Below, piece after piece: positions 14,648 to 26,572 of a DNA stretch of 64,000 nt; positions within the stretch are counted from its first letter, which is position 1; each line of letters begins with the position of its first letter. Made by a program: the position numbers and the translations under genes. The notes below the pieces were generated by a model that was given only the letters and a program-made list of their open reading frames with translations, ran no database searches and was not told where the DNA came from. This DNA comes from the human T2T-CHM13v2.0 reference genome, Homo sapiens, in NCBI RefSeq assembly GCF_009914755.1, contig NC_060938.1. The stretch is one strand, 5' to 3'.

Positions 14648-15029
14648 GTACAATGGTGGGAGACCATACCCGTTTGGAGTTCCACAACATTGAAACGGGA
14701 ATCATGACTGAGAAACGCTACATCTCCGTTGTCCCCTCCAGCTTTATTGGCCATCTGCAGAGCCTCATGTTTAATGGCCTTCTCTACATTGACTTGTGCA
14801 AAAATGGTGACATTGATTATTGTGAGCTGAAGGCTCGTTTTGGACTGAGGAACATCATCGCTGACCCTGTCACCTTTAAGACCAAGAGCAGCTACCTGAG
14901 CCTTGCCACTCTTCAGGCTTACACCTCCATGCACCTCTTCTTCCAGTTCAAGACCACCTCACCAGATGGCTTCATTCTCTTCAATAGTGGTGATGGCAAT
15001 GACTTCATTGCAGTCGAGCTTGTCAAGGG
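14648..15029 (+). CDS. NRXN3: NRXN3 alpha coding exon, end of LNS4 and start of LNS5
   Basis: ttttcacAG acceptor and GG|gtaagt donor. 382 nt, phase 1/2. [18 protein letters not shown]...[30 protein letters not shown]...[10 protein letters not shown](G). Lies within ORF 14596-15033. Confidence 0.98.
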
Positions 15030-15830
15030 GTAAGTAGAAGGGATCACGACTTATGTTGGACACCTTTAATCTACTGAAGCTCTACGTAAAATATGGACAT
15101 AAAAATAACTTGTCTATTCTACTCCCTACCCTCCATTCCTGACACATTCTCGCATCTTCCTTGATTAAATGGATCCATAAAATTATTAGGTCTGGAAAGG
15201 AGAGAGGCTCATGATTTAATTTAAAGGTCTTCCACTAACTCAACACTAACAGACTTTTTCCTATGAAATGTAGCCCTTTAAAACTATTGAAGAAAAGCTT
15301 ATTTTTGCAAAAGAGGGCTATGATTTGTATTGCATCTAATTCTTGAGTATTACTAACTACAACCACCCAATTTATACCAAAAGATGAAACATAAATATTT
15401 TAAATCCTACCATTAGCCCATATATGCAAGTTTTTAGAAGCTGCCCTTTCCTCAAGACATTTTACTACCATGTATTAGAAAATAGTCAAAACAAAAAACC
15501 AAAACAAAAACCAAAACAGATTAATGGTTGATGATGAATTTAAAAGTCACCCCCTTATGTTTTGTAGTGTACAACCTGTGCTACTTTGACTCTGGAGAGT
15601 ATTAGTAGGTAGTGTTAATGAAGTGGACTCGATGAGTATGGAATTATAGTGAAGCATGATAGAATAAAATCTGACTATTCTTGTAACCTCATATCAAGAT
15701 TTAAATTATTCCTGCATTATGCCAGTTTAGCATGGGGGATTTGAAGCCCACTATGTCAGTTACACACATATAGCCATTAAACCACTTCGGGGATTTTCCA
15801 ATTATTGTTTTTTTTTTTTTTTCTTCCTAG

Positions 15831-16021
15831 GTATATACACTACGTTTTTGACCTCGGAAACGGTCCCAATGTGATCAAAGGCAACAGTGACCGCCCCCTG
15901 AATGACAACCAGTGGCACAATGTCGTCATCACTCGGGACAATAGTAACACTCATAGCCTGAAAGTGGACACCAAAGTGGTCACTCAGGTTATCAATGGTG
16001 CCAAAAATCTGGATTTGAAAG
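15831..16021 (+). CDS. NRXN3: NRXN3 alpha coding exon, LNS5
   Basis: Poly-T tract plus cttcctAG acceptor, G|gtaaac donor. 191 nt, phase 2/1. [63 protein letters not shown]. Confidence 0.98.
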
Positions 16022-16299
16022 GTAAACCTTGTAAAGAAATTTAGTTTTTAATAGAGCTTTTCTTACAATAGATAGACTATTTCCAGAGGCAAACCACAGG
16101 TTCAGAGTGCCATGCATTTTTGATACATCATCCATATCCTGTTTTAACAATGTTGAATTATCCTGTAATGCAATTTTTTCCGTTTTTACTTAGACTACTC
16201 ATCAAGAAATGGTTCATTTTCTCTGATAACCTCGGGAATGTCATGCTGTGGGGGCTGAGAGATGACAGGATGAGTGTCAAAGTGTGGGAAGGGCCGTAA

Positions 16300-16530
16300 T
16301 ACAGAGGAAGGAATATAGGCTTTGGAATTTCAGCTGAATCATTTAATGTCTGGTGTCATCAGTAAACTGTCTTAGCCTTGTTCAGCTTACATTTACTTTT
16401 CTTTGCAAAATGAGGATAATAATTGTTAGTTTCTGTATAGGTCGTGAGAAGTTTTGATGGCATGTCTGTATATCCCTCAGCATATTATTGGTAACAAGCA
16501 CATAAAAAGCACTCAATAAATGCTTGCTTT
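16300..16530. mobile_element. MIR, in the 772-nt intron
   Basis: tttgcaaaatgaggataataat...aagcactcaataaatg. Confidence 0.6.
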
Positions 16531-16793
16531 GTTGACAATATTGTTAATCTTTACTCCATCTATGATGAATAAATTTTTGAGATGGTATATATAAAATGAA
16601 TGACACATAATAAATATTGGTTTCCTTTTTTTGCAGGGTAGAAACTCAGGTGCTTATCTCATTTATGCTGTCCCCCCCCCCCCCCCAGCTATCTTATTCC
16701 TTATCTGATGAATTATCTCAAGTGTATCAAACTAGTTGACATGGTCACCACATCCTTTACTCATTCTCTTTTGCTAATTACTTTCCTTTCCAG

Positions 16794-16967
16794 GTGATCT
16801 CTATATGGCTGGTCTGGCCCAAGGCATGTACAGCAACCTCCCAAAGCTCGTGGCCTCTCGAGATGGCTTTCAGGGCTGTCTAGCATCAGTGGACTTGAAT
16901 GGACGCCTGCCAGACCTCATCAATGATGCTCTTCATCGGAGCGGACAGATCGAGCGTGGCTGTGAAG
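16794..16967 (+). CDS. NRXN3: NRXN3 alpha coding exon, end of LNS5
   Basis: gctaat branch-like motif plus ctttcctttccAG acceptor, weak G|gtacaa donor. 174 nt, phase 1/1. [58 protein letters not shown](G). Confidence 0.97.
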
Positions 16968-17201
16968 GTACAACCTATTTTTTTCTTGTTAAGCTACAGC
17001 CTTGTTGCAAGCACCAAGCCTCTTTGCTGCCTCTGCCACTGCCTCCTTCCTCAGTTGACCAGTCCTGTCTCATTCTCATTTGCCACGTGACATTGCATCA
17101 CCATCAGTGTTCTCTTGTCACTGGTTTAGTATGTCAAGACATGTGCCACAGGCTCCAGGAATGTATGTTGGCAGATGTTTTCTGAGTATCACATACTTGC
17201 C

Positions 17202-17223
17202 AATAAAAATAAAATAAAATAAA
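17202..17223 (+). terminator. Cluster of four AATAAA hexamers, candidate intronic polyadenylation signal
   Basis: AATAAA at 17202, 17208, 17213 and 17218. TGTA at 17162. T/GT-rich sequence at ~17247-17266. Starts 17 nt after the read-through stop at 17183-85. Confidence 0.45.
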
Positions 17224-17459
17224 AAACTTCCCTGGCATTGACATCAGGCTTCTTTCAATGTGTACCTTGGCTTCCAGAATGGCTGAAACAGCACTGGAGA
17301 CTTTTATTTATACTTTAATACATGATGAGGGGAAAACCAGAGATTTTATGTAGATGTCACTAATTAATAAAATGTTTCTTATTTTGGCTGATAGTGACTG
17401 CATTATTTAATGCAAATCTAGCAGGCAATAGGAAAACGATGTCCAAATGCCATGATGAT

Positions 17460-17750
17460 GGAAGGGAACTAACATTTACTAAGTACTTACTAATTATCAG
17501 GCATTGCTAGGCAGTTCTTTAGTGTGGTATATTGGAACATTATGGGCTTTGATATTAGAAATACCTGGATTCAGCTCCAGGTAGTAGCTCTTGTTAGCTA
17601 TGTGACATTTGGAAGGTGATGTAACTTCTGTAAGCTATATCTTTCTTGCCTATAAAACAGGGCAATAAAACTTACCTTGAATGTAAGGAGATCAGAAATA
17701 CACATAAAATGCCTGGTATGTAGTAGGTACTCGATAAATGGTAGGCTTAT
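17460..17750. mobile_element. MIR relic(s)
   Basis: tagctatgtgacatttgga...ctataaaacagggcaataa...gcctggtatgtagtaggtactcgataaatggta. Confidence 0.6.
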
Positions 17751-17928
17751 TGTTTACAAATATTATTTTATGTCAAACATCTAATAATACTGCATGTCTA
17801 CCCATGCAGCACAACAAACCATGCTCAGCCTGTTCCTGTAGATGATCCACTGTCTCTTGAGATACTAAATGAATTTTACAGGTCTTCCTGAATCCAACAA
17901 TTCTTTGCAGTGTAAACAATCTAGTTTT

Positions 17929-17946
17929 AACCAGCAGATGGCAGAA
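17929..17946 (+). promoter_or_regulatory. CTCF-like motif, contains CAGATG E-box
   Basis: AA-CCAGCAGATGGCAG-AA. Confidence 0.45.
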
Positions 17947-18433
17947 GTGAACACATTCAGCCTTCCCTAGTAGTCTTGGGTTGGCTGAAAACGTGACTGT
18001 TACCTAACTTGAAAGGCAAAGAAGTTGCCTGACCAAGGATCTATGTAATTATTTCCTTTTTTTCTTTTTGAGCCTTTTGGTTGAGCCTTATGGTCCTGTG
18101 TTTGCGCAATATATTGTGTTTCCTTGTATCAGTTGTTAATTTACCACATCAAATCTGTTCATTCCACTTCTGTGTTCAACTTCATGTATCGCTTCTGTTC
18201 TTAAACAGCTTCCATCTGGGTTAGCTCATCATCGTAAAGCACACATTTATAAAAGCTTCCTGTCAGCTTATCAGGCTGACTTGGAGTTATGGAAATTGTT
18301 TCCCTTTGCCTAAGAGTTATTTTTGTATTTTGCACTAGTAATAGGAATGTTCATTCCTATAACCCACTCCATTTTTCCTTTATCCAGAAATATTTCTTAA
18401 ATTGTCTTGGCCAAATATGGTGTTTGTACTATG

Positions 18434-18435
<2 letters not shown>

Positions 18436-18477
<42 letters not shown>
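18436..18477 (+). repeat. (GT)21 microsatellite
   Basis: Uninterrupted GT dinucleotide run. Confidence 0.95.
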
Positions 18478-18480
<3 letters not shown>

Positions 18481-18839
18481 AAGGGACAGGAGGTTGGGAA
18501 TCACTAAGCCCTTAAAGCAGCCACTTTGCTCCTAGAAATGAACAATTTCATTCAATCAGGGATTTTTGTCTCCTTGGCTTGCTTTTAGTTCTTTTGTGTA
18601 TTAAAGGGCAATCCTGGAATAGACGTAGCATTTGGAATTAAATTGTATATAGTGTTTAGAAGATTGTAGAATGGCAGTAATTCCATTTATCCTGGAATAA
18701 TTAATCATATGAAGTCAAATCACAATATAAGAGCACATATTAGAAAGCGTAAGATACTGGTCAAATGTTACAGAATTTTTATTATGCCATCAGTTCTTCA
18801 GATTTAAAAGTTAACAGGAATCATCCATTAACTCTATGT

Positions 18840-19147
18840 CAGTGTTTTCCAATAGATATATGTAACACATGCAATTATAAATTTCCTAGTAGCTACATTT
18901 TAAAAAGGTATAAAGTAACAGGTCAAATTTATTTTAATTTTGTATTTTATTCAATTTAACTAAATATACCCAAAATATTATTTCAGAATGTAATAGAGAT
19001 AAAATTATCAATATTTTGCACTTTTTTTCACATTAAGCCTCTAAACTTGAGTTTGTATTTTATACTTGCAGCACACCTCAACCCAGGGGCTACATGCATT
19101 TAAAGTGCTCAATACACATGTCAATGGCTACTGTATTGGTAGTACAG
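18840..19147. mobile_element. MER33-like hAT-Charlie MITE
   Basis: Terminal cagtgttttccaatag ... gctactgtattggtagtacag and internal tttcctagtagctacatttt. Confidence 0.7.
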
Positions 19148-20046
19148 GTATACAGAATACAAAAATTAAGGTGTAAATAAATAAAGCTATAGTATTGGAT
19201 TAAAAGGAGGTCTAAGCTTTATAAAAGGGTACTAAAATGTATAATATAAAGGGAGAATGACCTCACTTAAGAGAGTTTTAAGAGAAGCAGTAAGAGCATC
19301 AGCAAAAAGAAATTACATAACGAGTTGGGGAAAATGTCCCTATCCCTATCTACAGCTCTATGTGCAGTTTGGCATTACTCATCACATGCATTACAGAGAG
19401 CTCCGACCTTCCTCTGAGTATGGTTGATTGTTCAAAGCCGGATATTGTGGCTTGATGGCTCCACCATCTGAATCTATGGTGAGTCCCATGAGCCTAATAG
19501 CACTGCACTCTATTGCCATGGAGATAATTACAACGGTTACCCACTGAGCATTATGCCTACCCCGCTGGGTGGGATGAAGTGGAGGGTGAGTGCTGAGGGA
19601 AGAAAGTCCTTGTTGATTGTACACAAATGACTTGGATAATTAGCCTAAGTGGCCAGGAAAAATGGCCCAAAATGGGTTAAGGCATAAATTACTGTCATTG
19701 GAAGTTTGTACCACTGTGAATAAGCCCTTGCAAGAGATCCCAGGAGCATTTTAGGGTTCTGTGTAAGATGGTGGGGAGGTAAAGGGAGAGCACAAAACAC
19801 TGGAGACACTGCAAAAAGGCATCATTTTTATTCTGAATCTCTTGTGTAGAGCATGAGACCCCCAAGAAGGCCTTTGAGCATTAGGTAGTATGAGGACCAC
19901 AGGAAACAGAACAAATTTCTTAATTTATCATTTCTTTTACATAGAACAGTAAACAAGTAGGGGATGAGGTTTTATAACTAAGAACTAAGACCAGAATCTC
20001 TTCAAGATATGTTTTATTCTAGCAAATCTAGAATACACAGATAAAC

Positions 20047-20076
<30 letters not shown>
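20047..20076. repeat. (AT)n(AC)n compound microsatellite
   Basis: atatatatatatatatacacacacacacac. Confidence 0.9.
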
Positions 20077-20080
<4 letters not shown>

Positions 20081-20239
20081 AGATAAGTATCTGTATCTAT
20101 CTACATTTAATATATGTTTCCATCAAAGTCATTGACAATGACACTTTAAGATCCCTAGGTAGTAAATGTGTTACCTTCCCTATTATATCAGACCCATGAC
20201 AGCAGGTAAAATAAAAGGCAAAAGAGTCCAAAATTATTT

Positions 20240-20536
<297 letters not shown>

Positions 20537-21503
20537 TAAAAACTTGCTAATTTAGTACTCTTCAGCTCTCAAGTATGAGTAGCAAAAAAGAAAAAAATCT
20601 TGAAACTAGTATTTGATTTTATGTCTCTGATAGATGCAAAGTGTATAATTTAGATATTAAGTGCAATTTCTGGGCAACTCCTAGTCAACATTTAGTTGTA
20701 ACTTGATACCTCTCAATTTAAGCTAGGGTTTTAAAAAAAATCATACCTGATTTAATATGTGGCTGGTAAATGTATCTTCCTATATTGAGGCCAGCTTTGC
20801 TGCAGAGGCCAAGGCATGATCAGCTAGAAATGTGGTTTCACAATTGCAGATGATAAACATCTGAAAGAAATACACGTGCTTTGTTTTGAAACTGGCACGA
20901 ATAAATAAAAATGACATTAGTCTGGTGCCCTTTTGCCTGCAACTATTTGGGTTTGGATATATTTTTAAAATTAAACAAATTGAGCTTTTTGGTGTTCCCA
21001 AATCACCGTGATCCAAATGTCTAATTCCAGTGCCAAATTCCTGGGTGGCATTTGCAAGAGGGCACAAGGGGTGCACTCGAGTGACTCTTTCATGCTGAAC
21101 TCCTAATGTTTAGAAGTATTTCTATGGGCTCCATCTGATTGCACACACGTGTCTTTCAGTCTGACCGTGCACTCCCTGAGGTTGGCTGTGTGGATGTGAG
21201 AAAGCTCTTGTTGCCCTTGTTGCCCGTTGCCTGTGCTTTGTCAAGTCTGATGCGCCCCTGCCCTGCTCTGCTGACTTGGCTCTGAGGAGGCCGGCTCTGT
21301 CCCTGGTCTGCGCGTCCCCCTCTGCCCTACTCCCCAACCCCATCTTTGCTGTCTCTGGTGAACCTGTAGAGCATTTCAATTGTCTGTCTGAGTGATGGTT
21401 ATGCAGATTGCGTTTTCATTTCTGTAATGTTATCCTGGTTTATTCTACCTCTTACTAACCTCTGGTTATTGTTTTCGCTTTTTCTGTTCTTTTGCTAACA
21501 AAG

Positions 21504-21530
21504 TTGCGTTGACCAAAGCTGACCTGCAAG
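21504..21530 (+). CDS. NRXN3: NRXN3 27-nt alternative microexon (splice site 6, VALTKADLQ) between LNS5 and EGF3
   Basis: tttgctaacaaAG|TTGCGTTGACCAAAGCTGACCTGCAAG|gtagag. Phase 1/1, in frame with both neighbours. The peptide matches the known neurexin SS6 insert (NRXN1 has VALMKADLQ). TACTAAC at 21453-59 and an AG-free zone at 21407-21501. Confidence 0.93.
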
Positions 21531-24500
21531 GTAGAGAAGGTTCTTGTTCCCATTACCACTTTGGACTGAAAGATGCCCTGTGTAACCCTTGGTATCTTTT
21601 CTTTAGAGATCTTCAAGCTGTCACACCTCTTGGACAGCAGCAATTGTGGGGAGGTGGCTGAACCCTGTGTTCTTCTGAAAGGGTGACAGATAACCCAGAT
21701 CAATGCATGAAAAATAGCTATCAAGAGGAGACCTCATGGGGGAAGAAACATGATTCCATTTTGGGGGGTACCAAAGAGGTTTGACAGCATCCCATACCGT
21801 GACTATACATAAACATATTAATTTACTCTGGAAATGATAAATACCTCTCCAAGTAGTTGCCATGGAGGGGTTGGCTCCTCTTAATTTATTCACCATACAT
21901 AGAAAAAAGAACTTGGAAGGAAAAAAAAGGCCAAGGCCAGCCCTTATGCCTTAAGTTATTATTTTCTGGATCAGGGAGGTCATTTCCTGGAGCAGGACAT
22001 TTAAGTACTTGGGCTTTATGAAAGAGAATGTCATTTTCTCTTAACTAGTTTTAAAGTTTTAAATATTTCTGGGCATTTGGGAGACACTAATGTCATTAAA
22101 ATGTTTCAGAGATTTATATTTTCTATTGGGGATTTTGGTTGAGCACTTTAATTTCCTGTTTTGTGATCGCAGGAAAAAAGTACTCTTGAGGAAGAAGATG
22201 ATCTGTCATTTTAATCCTGAATACCCTATAAAATACCACATGTGAGATGTTAGTGAATATCTATTGCAGAAACTACTTCATCCACTATTCAAAGAGGCAT
22301 CTTACAAAGTCAGTAATGGCCCACTGATCCTATGGTGCCATGCTGCTATGTCTCAGAATAACAAGGGAGGAACAAGCATTTTAGGTGTCTTTTGGCTGAT
22401 TGTCAAGCAGGAGACTGAGCCTCATGACCTCTGCTGAGTTTGCAGTCAGTCCAAATTGTTAGAAGTAGTTAAGGCAAAGGTAACGTTCAAAAAATTACTT
22501 TTCATCTAAAAAGATCATTGACTTTGCTGTGACTTTCTTGTTATATGCCATGTAGCTAACCAGTACAAGCGCCTATCTATCCAGAATACATCCACCAATG
22601 AAGACTCTGTCACTATTTTACCATAACTTTGTTTTTCTTTATCGCCTCTTAGCAGATTCACATATATTTTAATATATATTTAAATTAAATAAAAGAATAT
22701 ACACTAGTTAGGACTTAAAGTCAGAGGAAGCTTTACAATAGCTTTCAGTTTCAAAGTATAGAGGGCCCTTGTGGCAATACTGTTGTTTTAGACATTATGT
22801 TTAATTGTCAAGAAAGATCCACTATGTATTTCTCTGTAAATGGAAGAGAGAGAGAAGGGGGCAGGACTCAATCTGAATGCAAGACAATCCAAGGAGATTG
22901 AAGCTCCTTAGGACTGGATTTAGCGGATTAAACTAGACAACTACATCTCTTCCCTGACTTTACTATCACGCAGGGTAAGAACTATATGGATTTTGAATTC
23001 CCAGAGCTTAGCATATTCTCTCACCTAGAAAATCTGGACATGGCAAAATAATCTGAAAGTTCTCATCCAAAGGAATAATGGTTTGTAGGGAGAAGTGAGT
23101 CATTGATTTCTATGCCTAAAGTAAATTGTTTACCAAAGCGTAGATACAGATTTAGGGACATAGTGGTTTGGAATATATTGATGTTTCCTTTTATGGAAGC
23201 TGTCTAGGCATCAATATGGTTTTAACATTATTACTTTATTGGCACGAACTTTCCTCCATTCTTGTAATGACTTGACAGTCTCTTTGTTTGTGGCAGGAGC
23301 TGCTTTTTTTTTCGATTATTTGGGGCCGTCTTACTCTTTCCCTGTTTTATAGGAAAAGCTTTTAGTTTTTTGTTTCCTAACATTGGGGTGTGGACTATTA
23401 CTCACAAGCTGGCTTTTTCAGCTACAACCTGTGAGTATAGATAGTACTAATTACCATGAAGTATGAAGGGTAGTGAAGATATATGACAAGGAAATGAGGC
23501 AGTTGGAAGCCTAGACAAAAATGTATTCAGAAGGAAATATAACAATGAGGTGTAAGAAGTGACGTAATGAGTCTAGATGAGTCAACAGCTTAAGTCCTCT
23601 TGTTATTGTGTGGTTGGGGTAGTGTTTTATTTTTTATTTAAAAATTTTTAACTTCTCCAGTGAATGTGTTGTTGAATTTAACAGGAAGTTAGTGTCAGCT
23701 ATGCCTGTGTATCAGGGACTAGGTACTGGGGATGCTAGGATACTGCAGATGAGATGCAGTCTCTAACTTCAAAGAATTCCACAGATGATCAGCCAATAAT
23801 TACAATGCAAAGTGAAAACTCCTATCCTAGAGACATGCGTCCTGCCATGTGAGCATGAAGGAACACACTGGATCGTGTAGGGTCATGGTGGTCATGGGGA
23901 GTGCTCAGGGGATATCTTCTCAGACAGAGTTTGAGCTGAGTCTGAAGGACAAGTATGTTTTAGATGGATGAACGATGGAAGCACATTCGAGAGCTTGGCT
24001 TAATTGGGAATCTACAAGAAGCTCAATGTGGCTGAAATAATGTGTGTGGGGGGATATGATAGCACATGAAATGGGAGTGGTAGGATAGAGACAGGTAATG
24101 ACAGACTTTTCCTGTAAGGAGTTGGACTTTATCCCAAGGATGCTGTGAGGAGGACAGAGATTTGGGTTGGATTTTCATTTTATCAGGATCACTCTGACAC
24201 TAGAATGGAGAAAGGATGATGCAGACAGAAACTAGAAACAGAGAGCAGATTCAGGAGTGAAGCAGCATATTCCAAGACAGAGGGAAGAGACATGCCCCCA
24301 GTGCCTGTTACTTGACTTGGTCAAGGAGGTAAACAAGTTTCCCTTTCACATGAAACCTCAAAGAGCAAGAAAGAAAGTGAACTCTTTCTCCTGTTTGCTG
24401 CACACACCCTCTCCACTGCTACACTGTTATTCTGGTTAGTAGCACATGTATTTTCACATTATGACAAAAGATATCAAGAAAGAAGTTTACCGACTTTCCT

Positions 24501-26379
24501 GGTTTCAGGCCAGAATCTACATCTCTCTAGGTCAACACAGGAGACAGGAGCTCTCCACGGTACTCCTGTGATCCACGGGAGGGAGGTTGCCTTGCTGAGC
24601 AGTGCAGTCTTTGTATCAGTGTACCTTGGACAGAATGACAGCTTCTACAGAACATTCAGAAGTAACTTTCTAATTCCTTTTTGTTTTTAAGAAGGGTATT
24701 AGTGGAAAGGAAGAGATTTCCTAAAAGCCTATTCATGGAAGAAAGGAGCTGCAGAACTATAAAAGAAATATTAAGATTGACCTGTTTGGTGTGAGGCAGA
24801 TGACATAAATTATGAGAAATAAAAGAATAACTCTTTTTTGTATTAGGTGATTAATTAGAATCTTCCTATTCCATCTTTAATTATAACTTCTCTTAGCAGG
24901 TTTTATTTCTGATGTTTAATGACTTTTTTTCTAGAAATGTAAGGTGTCCCTCTGCCCAGATGGTGAACACGTGGTCAGGGGATCCAGGATCCATTGGATC
25001 TGGGTGCTAAGTGCTGGCTATTTTGAGAAAGTCAATCAATGTATTGGGTTCAGATGCCTTGGAAATCTCAAGATTCTTTAAAGGCATTTTAGAACAGAGT
25101 TAGAATTAGTCAAACACCTTTAGTTAGGTAAAGGAAATTTTAATTCCCCAACTGTCTTTACTATGATGAATATTGTCCTCCACCTCATTTTCTCCGAAAC
25201 TGAAGATTGTATCACATTCTCCATTGTATTTTTTGTTATAAAATATAGTACTTGACCTACTATAAGTTCCTCAAAATGCTTTCTATTGTGGAAAATAATA
25301 AGAGAGACATAAATTGCAGTGAACTTCCCATTATTGTTCTTGTGTCCTTTTCCTCCACATTATACGAGAGAGGCGTACAACACAACTGTGTCAGTGTGGC
25401 ACACTACCAAAATGCATCTTGTTTCTGGACTCCTCATCAACTGTACACCCAACTTAAGTGGGAGGAGGAAACCTGATTATTGTCCTTTCTAGCAGAATTG
25501 CTGATGATCTTTATTGAGAGTCTCCTTGATGAAGGCATACACTAAGGACTTGGCAGGTTGTATCTCCATTGTGACTACAACCTTAGCTGATAGATACTGT
25601 TGTCTGTTTCATAGGTGACTTTATAGGTCTTGCATATGTTCTTTCATTTAATCTTCACACCATATGATGCAGTAGAAATACATATCTCCCTTATACAGAT
25701 GGGGACACTGAGGTTTAGAGTTTAATATCACCAGCCCAAGGTCACATTACTAGTAAGTGATTAAACTGGATTTTAAAGCCCATGACCTTTCGCCTATTAT
25801 GCCGTATGGTGTGAGTCTGGGTTTGCTTATTTCCAAAGCAGAAAGAGTACATAGATGACCAGAGAGTATCTGAGAGTGTCCTCCATGCTGACTTTATGGT
25901 AGATGGTTTTCATATCAACACCATTTCGAAAAGTTCTAGATAATATTTGCACAATGTTAGAGCAAAGTATTTTAAATTACCTCTTTTTTTGTTGTTGTTG
26001 AGACTGGGCTTTGAAACTCCTTCTCTCTCTCTTTTAAAGTATATTCCACTGCCCCAGCAGACCCCTACATCAGTGCCTAGAAAACAAGGAAAAGCAGACA
26101 GACTCCTCAGTTTACATTTTCTAAAGAATCATTGACTTATGAGGGATTGTGTATCACTTTGAAAAGAGTTATTTGACCTTTGTGACCCAGGCATCCCATG
26201 AAAATAGGGTGGGTTGAGGAAGAAGGCTTCATGCTACCAGCCATCCTCTCACTCTTACAAATACCCTACCTGCAGCAAGTATCAACTCCCACCTCTCTAC
26301 TGTCATGGAAGGTGCTGTGGGTAAATCACTTTACTCTTAAGCTGTAATTATTCTTTTTAGATCATTGACCATCAAGAGC

Positions 26380-26572
26380 AGTGCTGTGCTAGAGCTGGCA
26401 CTGGCACAGGAATTTCTAGGAATTTTGTAAGCCAGTTTACATGAGGCAACATGTTATGGCTTGAAATTGGCTATGAGGGGAGTACTAATAAAACCAACAC
26501 ATGTTACAAATCAGTTTTATTTTCCTTTTCCTGGGGTGCTGGTTGTTAAACATTTACTAGTGATATATCACC
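26380..26572. mobile_element. MER63-like hAT MITE
   Basis: cagtgctgtgctagagctggc...ggaattttgtaagccag...ctggttgttaaacatttac. Confidence 0.55.

Noticed and set aside
14629-14934. 101-aa antisense ORF over the large exon
   Set aside because: Expected shadow ORF from codon bias of the coding strand
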